A stretch of 64,000 nucleotides of DNA from Longimicrobiales bacterium (GTDB taxonomy: Bacteria > Gemmatimonadota > Gemmatimonadetes > Longimicrobiales > Gaopeijiaceae). Position numbers and translations under genes: made by a program. Below are positions 1 to 9,882 of this stretch, one piece after another; positions within the stretch are counted from its first letter, which is position 1; the number at the start of each line of letters is the position of its first letter. The stretch covers positions 1,248,001-1,312,000 of the forward strand of contig CBDFMQ010000002.1 of assembly GCA_965249725.1 (NCBI GenBank), written 5' to 3'. A model generated the notes under the pieces. It searched no databases, was not told the DNA's origin, and was given only the letters and a program-made list of their open reading frames with translations.

Positions 1-478
1 AGCCCGGCGGAAAGTCAGCCGGGCGCTGACTGATGTTGAGTCCCACCCCGACCACCACCGCGTTCCCGCCCACTCCCTCGCAGAGGATCCCCCCCACCTT
101 GAGACCGTCCACCAACACGTCATTCGGCCATTTGATTCTCGGCCTCAGCCCACGGCAGGACAACTCGATCGCCCGGGCGGTCGCGAGCCCGACCAGAATG
201 GGGGTCAGAGAGGGAGCACCCTCCTCTTTTGGCCGCAGCAGGAAAGACATCCAGAGGCCCAGACCCGCAGGGGACTCCCAGTACTTGCCCCCTCGCCCCC
301 GGCCGGCCATCTGCGTCTCGGCGATGACGGTTGTGAATGCCGCCGCCCCCTCCGCGGCAAGTTCCCTCACCCGATCATTGGTGGACGGAAGCGCATCGTG
401 GGCCTCGAGATGCGGCAGGCCCCAAAGGCGCTGCCACGCCGCCAGAGGCTCACCCTCCCACGTGTCGAGGCGGCTCAT
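1..478 (-). CDS. birA: Biotin--[acetyl-CoA-carboxylase] ligase (partial, runs off the window start)
   Basis: Not in ORF track. Manual translation from ATG at 478: MSRLDTWEG...LPSTND...IAETQMAGRGRGGKYWESP...IKWPNDVLVDGLKVGGILCE...VVVGVGLNI, giving the STN, GRGR, KWPND and KxxGIL biotin-ligase motifs. Confidence 0.93.
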   Translation of the reverse strand, partial: MSRLDTWEGEPLAAWQRLWGLPHLEAHDALPSTNDRVRELAAEGAAAFTTVIAETQMAGRGRGGKYWESPAGLGLWMSFLLRPKEEGAPSLTPILVGLATARAIELSCRGLRPRIKWPNDVLVDGLKVGGILCEGVGGNAVVVGVGLNISQRPADFPPG

Positions 479-482
479 CACC

Positions 483-1271
483 TCATCCTGCCCAGACGAG
501 GTAACCCAGGAACGCCGCGCCCACCACCCAACAGTAGACACCGAATCGATAAAAGGTCTGTCGCGCCAGAAACGCGACGAAGACCCGGATCGCCACGACA
601 CCGGTTGTAGCAGCCGCCACCGATCCGGCGATCAGTACTCCCGTTGTCAGCCCCACTTCGGTGTTGGTCGTCCCCAGGAGCTGCAGAACCGCCGCTCCTG
701 TGATGGCCGGAATCGCCATCAAGAACGAAAATGCCGCCGCCTCTTCGGCGTCGACCCCCATCCACAGCGCTGCCACGACGGTGGCTCCTGATCTTGAGAT
801 GCCCGGTACCACAGCGAAGGCCTGGGCCAATCCTATGACCACGGCGGCCATCAAGCCCAGTCCGGGCCAACTGTCCCGCCGCAAGGCTGCGCGGGTCGTC
901 CAGAGCAGGGACCCGGTGACCAGGAAGGCCAGGGCCGGTACGAGCGGGCTCTCAAAGAGAGCCTCCACCGAGGTCTTGAAGAACGCTCCCACAACCACGA
1001 TGGGAAGATTGGCGAGCACTAGGAGGCCGATGTAGCGTAGGGCGTGAGCCTCGCCGCCGAGCGCACCGGCAACGAGCTTCCGGATACGTTCGCGGTAGAC
1101 CAGCACGATGGAAACGAGGGTCGCCAGGTGCACGGCCACTTCGAACTGTACCCCTGGAATGTTCAGACCCAGGAGGATCTGTCCGAGCACGAGGTGGCCG
1201 GAACTGGAGACCGGCAGGAACTCGGTAGTTCCCTGAAGGAACCCCAAGAAGATCGCTTCCCAGAAATTCAC
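483..1271 (-). CDS. uppP: Undecaprenyl-diphosphate phosphatase
   Basis: QGTTEFLPVSSSGH and PGISRSGAT motifs, multi-TM. Start moved to GTG at 1271, which overlaps the bshA stop (GTGA). Confidence 0.95.
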   Translation of the reverse strand: MNFWEAIFLGFLQGTTEFLPVSSSGHLVLGQILLGLNIPGVQFEVAVHLATLVSIVLVYRERIRKLVAGALGGEAHALRYIGLLVLANLPIVVVGAFFKTSVEALFESPLVPALAFLVTGSLLWTTRAALRRDSWPGLGLMAAVVIGLAQAFAVVPGISRSGATVVAALWMGVDAEEAAAFSFLMAIPAITGAAVLQLLGTTNTEVGLTTGVLIAGSVAAATTGVVAIRVFVAFLARQTFYRFGVYCWVVGAAFLGYLVWAG

Positions 1272-2419
1272 TCGAGACGCCCGTGCGTCCGGTTGTGTGA
1301 CTCCACCGCCCGTTCGTAGCACGCCTCGTACGCCGGCACGATCCGTTCGACCGAGAAGCGCTCGACGGCAATGGAGCGACCCGCCTCACCGAGGCTCCGC
1401 TGCAGACTCGGATCGCCCAGGATCTGGAGGGCCCCCTTCGACATGCCTTCCACATCGCCGACCGGGTAGACGTATCCCGCCTCTCCGTGGGGCAGCAGCT
1501 CTGGCACACCCCCGATCGAAGACGCGATGACCGGCACCCCCGACGCCATGGCCTCCAGAGCCGCCAGCCCGAAGGACTCGGAGCCGCTGGGGAGCAAGAA
1601 CAGATCCGCGCAGGGGAGCAGCTCTTCAACGGAATCATGCTTCCCCAGGAAGACGACACGGTGGCCGATATCCAAGGCCCTGGCCCTCTCCTGTGCACGC
1701 GGTCGGTCGGGTCCGTCGCCGACCATGATCAGCCGGGACGGAATCTCCGCGGCGATTCGGGCAAATATCTCGACCACGTCCACCACCCGTTTTACCGGCC
1801 GGAAGTTTGACACGTGCATCACGATCTTCTCGCCCTCTTCGGCCAACGTCGAGCGGTAGCACGGCTCCTTGGCCGGATCGTATACCTCGGTGTCGATAAA
1901 GTTGGGGATCACGTCGATCCGCTCGGCGGGAACCTCGAAGTCCCGGGCCGTTTCGTCGCGAAGATACTCGGAGACAGCCGTGATGCCTGTGGAGCGGAGG
2001 ATGGAGAAGCGGGTGATGCGCTGGAACGACGGATGCAGGCCCACCAATGTGATATCCGTGCCGTGGAGCGTCGTCACGACCGGCACACCTCCCTCCCCCA
2101 GCATCTCCTGTGCGATCCACGCCGACGTCGCGTGGGGAATGGCGTAGTGGACGTGCAGCAGGTCGAGGTCGTGAGTTCGCGCGGCATCGTGAAGCGCCAC
2201 CGCTAGCGCCAACGTGTAGGGAGGGTGCTCGAACAGCGGATAGTGTTCCATCTCTACTTCGTGAAAGAAGATCCGCTCATGAAAGTGTCCGAGCCGAAAC
2301 GGCTGTGCGTAGGACACGAAGTGCACTTCATGTCCCCGCTTCGCGAGTTGGATGCCGAGAGACGTCGCGACGGCCCCCGAGCCCCCATAGGTCGGGTAGC
2401 ACGTGATTCCGATCTTCAT
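1268..2419 (-). CDS. bshA: N-acetyl-alpha-D-glucosaminyl L-malate synthase (GT4, bacillithiol biosynthesis)
   Basis: MKIGITCYPTYGGSG, HVHYAIPHA, TTLHGTDITLVG, HVSNFRPVKR, ESFGLAALEAM. Confidence 0.93.
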   Translation of the reverse strand: MKIGITCYPTYGGSGAVATSLGIQLAKRGHEVHFVSYAQPFRLGHFHERIFFHEVEMEHYPLFEHPPYTLALAVALHDAARTHDLDLLHVHYAIPHATSAWIAQEMLGEGGVPVVTTLHGTDITLVGLHPSFQRITRFSILRSTGITAVSEYLRDETARDFEVPAERIDVIPNFIDTEVYDPAKEPCYRSTLAEEGEKIVMHVSNFRPVKRVVDVVEIFARIAAEIPSRLIMVGDGPDRPRAQERARALDIGHRVVFLGKHDSVEELLPCADLFLLPSGSESFGLAALEAMASGVPVIASSIGGVPELLPHGEAGYVYPVGDVEGMSKGALQILGDPSLQRSLGEAGRSIAVERFSVERIVPAYEACYERAVESHNRTHGRLE

Positions 2420-2432
2420 GCTGGTTGCCCCC

Positions 2433-3371
2433 TCATCCGTCCGCCACCAAAGCGAGTCGCCACGCCTCGACTACCCGGGCAGCCTGATCTTGCACAGGCT
2501 GAAGAGCATCCACGCGGACCACGTCGTCCGGTACTTGGTTCCTGAACCAGGTGAGCTGCCTGCGAGCATATTTCCTCGTTACGGATCGCATTCGATCCAG
2601 AGCCTCATCCAGACTCGTTTCCCCGGCGAGATAAGCGGCGACCTCGCGGTAACCGGTACCCGTCATGCCCGGGTCGTCGGGTCCATACCCCTCCGCCAGT
2701 AGCTGCTCGACCTCAGCGACCAACCCTTCTTTCGCCATCCGGGTTACCCTGGCGTCGATACGGCGGTCCAGTTCCTCCCGAGGCATTTCCAGGATCACGA
2801 TGACCCCGGCGAGCGGGGCCTCGTCCTGTGGCCCTTGTGCGTGCCACCAACTCAGCGGCCGCCCGGTAAGGAGCGCCACCTCGAGGGCTCGTCCGAGGCG
2901 ATGGGGACCGCCCTCCGAGGCTACGGCCGCACGCCCGGGGTCGAGGCGCTGCACCCAGCGCTCGAGTTGCTGCCGCGGAAAGAGCGTCAGATGCCGCCGT
3001 AACGCCTCGAGGCGGGCGGTGTCCATCTGCGGCTCGCGGAACATCGGATCCGTGAGGGCCTTGAGAAAGAACCCCGTGCCCCCGACGACGAGCGGCACCC
3101 GCCCACGCGCATGGATCTCGGCGATCCAGCCCCGTGCATCCCGGCCGAACTGCCCCGCGCTGTACGTCTCGACCGGATCGCGCGTGTCGAGACCGTGATG
3201 CGGAACGCTCTCCCGGAACTCTTTGCTCGCCTTGTCGGTCCCGATGTCCATGCCCCGATAGACCTGGCGCGAGTCCATACACACCATCTCGGCGTCGAGC
3301 GTATCGGCAACGCGCATGGAGAGGGCGGTCTTGCCGGATGTGGTAGGGCCCGTGATCGCCAGGAAGTCCAT
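2433..3371 (-). CDS. miaA: tRNA dimethylallyltransferase
   Basis: GPTTSGKT, DSRQVYRGMDIGTDK, VGGTGFF, YARRQLTWF; follows mutL. Confidence 0.96.
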   Translation of the reverse strand: MDFLAITGPTTSGKTALSMRVADTLDAEMVCMDSRQVYRGMDIGTDKASKEFRESVPHHGLDTRDPVETYSAGQFGRDARGWIAEIHARGRVPLVVGGTGFFLKALTDPMFREPQMDTARLEALRRHLTLFPRQQLERWVQRLDPGRAAVASEGGPHRLGRALEVALLTGRPLSWWHAQGPQDEAPLAGVIVILEMPREELDRRIDARVTRMAKEGLVAEVEQLLAEGYGPDDPGMTGTGYREVAAYLAGETSLDEALDRMRSVTRKYARRQLTWFRNQVPDDVVRVDALQPVQDQAARVVEAWRLALVADG

Positions 3372-3396
3372 GAGTGGCTTGTCGACGGAGTGCGGG

Positions 3397-5157
3397 CTAG
3401 CGCCCGAACTTCCGCTCCAACTCGTCCTTCCCGAGTCGCACGATCGTGGGGCGACCGTGCACGTCGTGATAGGGCAGCTCGGTGGCGAAGAGCTGATCGA
3501 ACAGTTCCTGCATCTCGGGCTCGTTCAGCTTCTGGCCTGCCTTGATGGCCCCTTTACAGGCGAACATCATCGCGATCTTCTCGTGTTGGTTCTTGGCCGC
3601 GCGGGTGAGATCGGAGCCCTGGACCAACTCCTCCATCATCTCCCGGAAGCACCGCTGGGGATCGAAGTAGGGATGCGGATCCGGGACGGCGTGAACGATG
3701 ATCGTGTTGCCTCCAAAGCCCTCGACCTCGAACCCGACTCGATTGAGCATTCCGGTCAGGGTCTCGGCCTCCTGGAATTCCGCCTTCGAGAGCCCCACGG
3801 TGAGCGGAAACAGCAGTCGCTGTCCCGTCTGACCCCCCTCTTCGAAGGCGTCCATGAGACGTTCGAAGAGGATCCGCTCGTGAGCGGAGTGTTGATCGAT
3901 GATGATCAGGCCTTCGCGGGTCTCCGCCAGCACGTACATGTTCAGGACCTGCCAGAGGCGTGGGCGCTCCTCGACGAACGGAGCCGGGCTGATCTGGGCG
4001 GCCCCGGCCTGGCCTCCTGCTCCGTCATCCATCGCGTCGGCGGACAGGAACAGAGCCGTCTGACTCTCTCCCTCCTTCGGCTCACTCGAACCGCCAGAGG
4101 ACCGCCCCGGCTCGCGGACCGCCAAACGCGGTGCTGCGAGCTGCGTATCCAGGGTCGCCGCACTCGGTTCAGCGGTCAGACACTCCCGCACCGCCTCTTC
4201 CACGAAGGACTCCACTGACGCGGTCGATCTGAACCGCACCTCGGCCTTGGCCGGATGGACGTTCATGTCCACGGTGCCGGGTGGCATCTGCAGGTAGAGA
4301 AAGACCCACGGACGCACCTTGTCCGAAATCGTAGTACGGTAGCCTCGGTCCACTGCGGCCATCAGGGCGCGGCTGCGAAACGGACGTCCGTTCACGAACA
4401 GGTTCGCCCGGCGTAGGCCGCTCTGGGCCGCATCGGGTCGTTGGACGAGCCCACGCACGGACATGCCGTCTCCCTCCGCGGTCAGCACGATGAGCGTACT
4501 CGCCACCTCCCTGCCCCAGATGGCGCTCACCCGCGCCGCGAGGTCCTTGGCCGGCGGCAGGTCGAGAAGAGTTCGTCCGTCCGACTTGAGCGTAAAGCCG
4601 ACCGAGGCATTGGCCAGCGCGAGAACCGTGACCGTCTCGCTCACCGCCCGCGTCTCCGCGGCCACCGCCTTCAAGAACTTCGATCGAGCCGGAGCGTTGA
4701 AGAACAGGTTGCCCACCTCTACCGTGGTGCCGCGGCGCCGGGCCGCGTCGTCGACACCGCTCATGGTCCCGCCCTTGACCCTGACCCGGGTCCCCACCTC
4801 GTCGTCGCCACCCTTGGTATCGAGTGTCATGCGAGAGACGGCGGCGATGGCGGGCAGCGCCTCGCCGCGAAAGCCGAACGTCACGACCGACTGGAGATCG
4901 ACCGCCGCGCGGATCTTGCTGGTGGCGTGCCGATCCAAGGAAAGCAGCGCATCTTCGCGCGTCATGCCCACGCCGTCGTCCGTCACCCTGATTCGGCGCT
5001 TCCCGCCCCGCTCGAGATCGATATCGATCCGGGTGGCCCGCGCGTCCAACGCGTTCTCGACGAGTTCCTTCACTACGGACGCAGGCCGCTCCACCACTTC
5101 GCCGGCGGCGATTTGGTTGGCGACTACGTCTGGAAGAACCTCGATGGTGCGTGGCAT
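3397..5157 (-). CDS. mutL: DNA mismatch repair endonuclease MutL
   Basis: NQIAAGEVVERPASVVKELVENALDA, GFRGEAL, DQHSAHER, ACK and HGRP motifs; likely start ATG 5157 (MPRTIEVL). Confidence 0.97.
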   Translation of the reverse strand: MPRTIEVLPDVVANQIAAGEVVERPASVVKELVENALDARATRIDIDLERGGKRRIRVTDDGVGMTREDALLSLDRHATSKIRAAVDLQSVVTFGFRGEALPAIAAVSRMTLDTKGGDDEVGTRVRVKGGTMSGVDDAARRRGTTVEVGNLFFNAPARSKFLKAVAAETRAVSETVTVLALANASVGFTLKSDGRTLLDLPPAKDLAARVSAIWGREVASTLIVLTAEGDGMSVRGLVQRPDAAQSGLRRANLFVNGRPFRSRALMAAVDRGYRTTISDKVRPWVFLYLQMPPGTVDMNVHPAKAEVRFRSTASVESFVEEAVRECLTAEPSAATLDTQLAAPRLAVREPGRSSGGSSEPKEGESQTALFLSADAMDDGAGGQAGAAQISPAPFVEERPRLWQVLNMYVLAETREGLIIIDQHSAHERILFERLMDAFEEGGQTGQRLLFPLTVGLSKAEFQEAETLTGMLNRVGFEVEGFGGNTIIVHAVPDPHPYFDPQRCFREMMEELVQGSDLTRAAKNQHEKIAMMFACKGAIKAGQKLNEPEMQELFDQLFATELPYHDVHGRPTIVRLGKDELERKFGR

Positions 5158-5167
5158 TGCGCCCTTC

Positions 5168-5932
5168 TCAGGCTTCGAGTGCGTAGAACCGATTCGCGTT
5201 GGCGGTCGTGGCCGCGACGACGGCCTCGACACTCTCTTCGCGAATGTCGGCCAGCGCCTCGATCACCCGAACGACGAACGCCGGCTCATTGCGTTTGCCG
5301 CGATGGGGCACGGGGGCCAGGTAAGGCGAATCCGTCTCGGCCAGTATGCGATCCCCGGGCACGGTCCTTACGGCCTCGTGGCCGTCAAATTTGGCAAACG
5401 AGACGATGCCTGAAAAGGACACGTAGCACCCGACGTCCAAACCGGCCTCGAGGAGCTCCATGCTGCCCGTGAAGCAGTGGAGTACCATGCGCACCGAGGG
5501 CGGAGCATTGCGGATCAAAGCGATGGTGTCGTCCTCGGCCTCACGACTGTGGATCACCACCGGAAGATCCAGCTCGTGCGCGAGTTCGATTTGGGCCTCG
5601 AACCACTTGCGCTGCAGATCCCGAGGAGAATGATCGTAGAAGAAGTCCAATCCGGTCTCGCCGATGGCCACGACCTCGGACCGACCGGCAGCGAGCTCCC
5701 GTACGCCCTGCAGATCGTCTTCACTCGCCTCGGCTACCTCGTGGGGATGAACGCCTGACGTGGACCACATTCCGTCATGGGCGGCGGCCAGCTCGACCGC
5801 GACACGGGCATCTTCCAGATTGGAAGCGATGGTGACGAGGCGGGTCACCCCGGCCCGGCGGGCTCCATCGACGACGGCCGCCCGATCTTCATCGAAGCGG
5901 CCGTCCGTCAAATGGCAGTGACTGTCAAACAC
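5168..5932 (-). CDS. tatD: TatD-family hydrolase
   Basis: DSHCHL, GVHPH, IGETGLD, HSR, HCF, ETDSPYL. Confidence 0.93.
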   Translation of the reverse strand: MFDSHCHLTDGRFDEDRAAVVDGARRAGVTRLVTIASNLEDARVAVELAAAHDGMWSTSGVHPHEVAEASEDDLQGVRELAAGRSEVVAIGETGLDFFYDHSPRDLQRKWFEAQIELAHELDLPVVIHSREAEDDTIALIRNAPPSVRMVLHCFTGSMELLEAGLDVGCYVSFSGIVSFAKFDGHEAVRTVPGDRILAETDSPYLAPVPHRGKRNEPAFVVRVIEALADIREESVEAVVAATTANANRFYALEA

Positions 5933-5954
5933 GGGCTAGTCCCGGGGAAGGACA

Positions 5955-6911
5955 CTAAGCGGGGGCCGCAGCCCTCTTTTCCTTCCGATCACGACGGGCC
6001 GATCCGTCGCCGAACCGCTTCTGGATCTCCAAGAGAGCGGGTGACGCCACGAAGATCGACGAGTAGGTCCCGATCATGACACCCAGGATGAGCACCAGCG
6101 TGAAGTCACGGATCACCGCACCACCCACGAAGAGCAGTGCCATCAGCACGGCGATCGTGGTACCGGATGTGAGAACGGTACGCGGAAGCGTTTCGTTGAT
6201 GGAGCGATCGACCAGGGCCACTGGATCTTCCCGCCGTCCACCCTTGGCGTTCAGGTTCTCCCGGATCCTGTCGAACACGACGATGGTGTCGTTCAGCGAG
6301 TACCCGACGATGGTGAGAATCGCCGCGACGGTAGGCAGAGCGATCTCGATCCTGAATATCGCCAAGAAGCCCAGCGTGATCATGATATCGTGGGCCGTCG
6401 CGATGACGGCCGCCAATCCGAAGCGAAGCTCGAATCGAAACGCCAGGTAGACCAAGGTCAGCAGGAACGAGAACAGGATTGCGAGGGTCGCCTTCTGCTG
6501 GAGCTCTCCACCGATCTTGGGACCCACCGTCTCGGTGCGGACCACGTCGAATGCCGTTCCACCGAAGGCAGCCACGAGCTGAGCTTCGATCTGACCACGC
6601 ACGACATCCACTTCCTCGTCTCCCAACGAGGCACGCACCACGAACTCGTTCTCTTCCCCGAATCTCGTGATGGGCGGCGCCTGCGAGCCACCGAGGGCCG
6701 CCCGCAGCTGTGCTGCCGTAGCGGGCTGGTTGAAGCGGACCTGGATGAGAGAGCCGCCCGTGAAGTCCACGCCGTAATTCTGCCAGCTACCGACGGAGAC
6801 GATGTTGAAGATCATCCCTGCGATTCCCAGGAGAATCACCGCCGCAGAGACCACGTAGGCCCTATGGCGCCACTCGATGAAGGGATAGTTCGCTTGGTTG
6901 AAGAATCGCAT
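5955..6911 (-). CDS. secF: Protein translocase subunit SecF
   Basis: GVDFTGG, VGPKIGGEL, GYSLNDTIVVFDRIREN. Confidence 0.97.
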   Translation of the reverse strand: MRFFNQANYPFIEWRHRAYVVSAAVILLGIAGMIFNIVSVGSWQNYGVDFTGGSLIQVRFNQPATAAQLRAALGGSQAPPITRFGEENEFVVRASLGDEEVDVVRGQIEAQLVAAFGGTAFDVVRTETVGPKIGGELQQKATLAILFSFLLTLVYLAFRFELRFGLAAVIATAHDIMITLGFLAIFRIEIALPTVAAILTIVGYSLNDTIVVFDRIRENLNAKGGRREDPVALVDRSINETLPRTVLTSGTTIAVLMALLFVGGAVIRDFTLVLILGVMIGTYSSIFVASPALLEIQKRFGDGSARRDRKEKRAAAPA

Positions 6912-6921
6912 GAATTGAGTC

Positions 6922-8541
6922 TCAGATGCTGATCGGGTCGGAAGCTTTCTTCCCCGACAGGTACATGAGGAAGAAAGTCCGGGTTACAAAAAGGGCCGAG
7001 AAGAACGACGCCACGATTCCAATCGACAGCGTCACGGCGAAGCCTCGGACCGGCCCAGTTCCGAACTGGAAGAGTATGAGCGCCGTGATGAGCGTCGTGA
7101 TGTTCGCGTCGACGATGGCCGACAGCGCGTGGGCAAATCCCTCATCGACCGCCGTGCGAGTCGCACGTCCCAGGATCAGCTCTTCACGAATTCGCTCAAA
7201 GATCAGAACGTTCGCGTCCACAGCCATCCCCACGGAGAGGATCAGGCCGGCCATTCCCGGCAGAGTCAGCGTCGCACCGATCGCGGCGAGGCCACCCAGC
7301 ACGAGCATGGTGTAGACGGCCAGGGCCATCACCGCCAGCATCCCGGCCGTCTTGTAGTAGAGGATCATTACGATCACGACCCCGACCATGCCGATCATAC
7401 CGGCGATCTTGCCTCGATCGATCGAATCCTGTCCGAGGGAAGGACCTACGGTCCGCTCCTCCATGATCCTCAGCTTGGCCGGAAGCGCACCTGCGCGGAG
7501 CACCAGCGCGAGGTCCGCGGCTTCGGCGATGTCGGCGTTACCCATCTCGATGACGCCGGTCGCTCCGATGCGATCCCTGACCACCGGTGCACTCACGATC
7601 TCGTTGTCGAGCACGATCCCGATGTTGTCGCCCACGTGCTGAGTCGTGAACTGGGAGAAGCGCCTCCCGCCCGCCCGGTTGAGCTGGAAGCTCACCTGTG
7701 CCTGGTTGAACTGCGGATCCCGCTGGGCCACCGCGGCTTCGAGCTGCTCACCGGTCATGAAGGCGTCTTCTTCGGTCACGTAGAGACGCCTGTAGGTGCG
7801 CGCTCCGACTCCGATGGGCTCCGTCTCCCAGTGGAGTGAGATGTCACGGGGCATCGCGATCCGTACCTCCGGCAACGCCAGGAAGGTCATGGCCGTCTCG
7901 ACATCCTCGACTGCGACCAAATAGGTACCCACCACATCGCCCGAGGCCAGGAGAGCCGTGAACGGCCTCAGATTGACCTCCTGCTCCTCCTCTACGGCAG
8001 CGTCTTCTTCAGTGGCGGTGCTATCGGCCTGCGCCGAATCGGCGTCCGGACTCGCGAAGATCAAGTCCTGTAGATCTTGCGAGGGGCCTTCGGTATCACG
8101 CCCCATCTCTCGGAGCGCATCCACCCCGAGAGCCCCGACGATCTGTCGGTCGATCCGCGCGAGGGCCGGTTCGAGCTCAGTCACCGGCACGACGAGCTTG
8201 AACTCGAGGAACGCCGACTGCTGGATCACGTTCTTGGCGCGATCCTCGTCTTCGTTGCCCGGCAATTCGACGACGATCCGCTCGGATCCGATCTTCTGAA
8301 TCAGCGGCTCCGCCACCCCGAATTCATCGATGCGGGTGCGGAGAATTCGTTCCGCCCGGTCGATCGCGTCGGAGCGGGCATCGGCCGTCATCGTGCCCTC
8401 TGGATCGTCCACCTCGAGTACCAGGTGCATACCGCCCTGGAGGTCGAGACCGAGCTTGATCTCGTTCGTGATGAGGTAGCCGACGCTCATGCCGACCAGC
8501 GCCAAAATGACGATGAGACGGCCTCGTACGGATTTGATCAT
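6922..8541 (-). CDS. secD: Protein translocase subunit SecD
   Basis: LGLDLQGG, VGPSLG, GMAVDANVLIFERIREE, GPVRGFAVTL. Confidence 0.97.
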   Translation of the reverse strand: MIKSVRGRLIVILALVGMSVGYLITNEIKLGLDLQGGMHLVLEVDDPEGTMTADARSDAIDRAERILRTRIDEFGVAEPLIQKIGSERIVVELPGNEDEDRAKNVIQQSAFLEFKLVVPVTELEPALARIDRQIVGALGVDALREMGRDTEGPSQDLQDLIFASPDADSAQADSTATEEDAAVEEEQEVNLRPFTALLASGDVVGTYLVAVEDVETAMTFLALPEVRIAMPRDISLHWETEPIGVGARTYRRLYVTEEDAFMTGEQLEAAVAQRDPQFNQAQVSFQLNRAGGRRFSQFTTQHVGDNIGIVLDNEIVSAPVVRDRIGATGVIEMGNADIAEAADLALVLRAGALPAKLRIMEERTVGPSLGQDSIDRGKIAGMIGMVGVVIVMILYYKTAGMLAVMALAVYTMLVLGGLAAIGATLTLPGMAGLILSVGMAVDANVLIFERIREELILGRATRTAVDEGFAHALSAIVDANITTLITALILFQFGTGPVRGFAVTLSIGIVASFFSALFVTRTFFLMYLSGKKASDPISI

Positions 8542-8664
8542 TCGGGCGGTCTGTCCTTAGGATTGTGGCGATTTCAAAGCCCAGTAACCTCGCAGGCTCA
8601 GTGCACGCCTGTCAATCTACCGGGCACACCGCTCGGAGGGTCCCTCGAGGGGGTGAACCCCGGC

Positions 8665-9735
8665 TCAGAAGTACAGGTAGGCCTGAACCTTGAGTGACAG
8701 GTCGGTATCCCCCTGCTGTGGCATATAGACGTCTAAATTTGTGCCGACCTTGTTCCTCCCGGAGACGAACAACGACAGCCCCGGGGTGATCAGCCAGGCA
8801 GCGTCTGCTGCGGTGGCGGTGTCAGGATCCCCCCAGCTGACCCGGGCCAATGGCTCGATCCCTGACCAACGCTCTGAATCGAGAGGGATGTAATACGTGA
8901 CGACGGCCTGGCCGGTCAGGAAGCGAGCCGGGTCCCCGTCGTCGAGAGCCTTCCAGTTTTCGCCCCCGACTACGGCGGCTTGGAGATGCAGCCCCTCGTA
9001 CCATCCCCCCCAGTCGACATCGGCACCGTATGCCTTGGCGAACTGGGCGCTCCCCGCCGCGTCCGGATAGTCGTGAATGCCGGTAAAGGCACCTATTTCC
9101 ACATCGTCGGCGAGCTGCACCGCCCCTCGTACGGAATACGACTTGGCGTCGTTCTCGTCATCGTTTACGGCCACGCCGGTGCCGTTCGTCAACGTGGCTG
9201 AATACGAAAGTCGTCCGGCCGACCCCGCAATCCGAAGTCCCGTGTCCCGACCCGAGAACTGGAGCTTCTCAGTGAGTCGGCTGAAGGTACAAACGCCGCC
9301 CGTACCGGTGCAGGTCCCGGCCCCGCGAACGCGTCCATCACGTTCGATGATGGCAAGTTGGGTGCTACTGCTCAATTCGAACAATTCTGACGCACGCTTG
9401 AGGCGCCCAATGGAGACCTCGAAAGCTGGATCGAAGTTGAGACTGATGTATGCATCCTGAAGCCCTACCTCGTCGTTGCGGGCGAAATCGGCGATCAGGC
9501 GACCTTCGAAGAACTCCGAAACCTCGACGCCGAAGAAGAAACGTGCACGCCGGAGGAAGGTCACAAACGGTGGCGCATCGTCATGGGTAGAACTCGCCGC
9601 CTGGACCTGCAGCCTTCCCCCTACGGTGATCGTGGCCGCCCGAGCCTTGATCTCGGTCTGGCCCAAAGCCGTGAGGGGGGTCGCGAGGGCGCAGGCGAGA
9701 GCGATCACCGCGGCCTGTCTTAGGACTCGATTCAT
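8665..9735 (-). CDS. Outer-membrane porin (OprO/OprP-like)
   Basis: Signal peptide, FLRRAR and LQDAY motifs, alternating beta-strands, C-terminal YLYF. Confidence 0.75.
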   Translation of the reverse strand: MNRVLRQAAVIALACALATPLTALGQTEIKARAATITVGGRLQVQAASSTHDDAPPFVTFLRRARFFFGVEVSEFFEGRLIADFARNDEVGLQDAYISLNFDPAFEVSIGRLKRASELFELSSSTQLAIIERDGRVRGAGTCTGTGGVCTFSRLTEKLQFSGRDTGLRIAGSAGRLSYSATLTNGTGVAVNDDENDAKSYSVRGAVQLADDVEIGAFTGIHDYPDAAGSAQFAKAYGADVDWGGWYEGLHLQAAVVGGENWKALDDGDPARFLTGQAVVTYYIPLDSERWSGIEPLARVSWGDPDTATAADAAWLITPGLSLFVSGRNKVGTNLDVYMPQQGDTDLSLKVQAYLYF

Positions 9736-9882
9736 CGTGTCTCATCGGGTTGGATACATCGGTGCTTCAACGGCGATGCTCGGAACATCGGGCATCAGAG
9801 GCGATTCACAACCCTATCTGACATCAAAAGGGGCCGCGTTACCGAGACGTTACAGGGTGTGACCGGGTAGTACCGGGAGGGG

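Noticed and set aside
33..791. Long plus-strand ORFs opposite real genes (also 3316-4218, 4441-5472, 19663-20700, 23129-24211, 55814-57439)
   Set aside because: Antisense shadows typical of GC-rich DNA, with no motifs
8585..8615. Sigma70 promoter for secD (TTGACA at 8615-8610)
   Set aside because: Perfect -35 but no convincing -10 at 16-18 nt spacing
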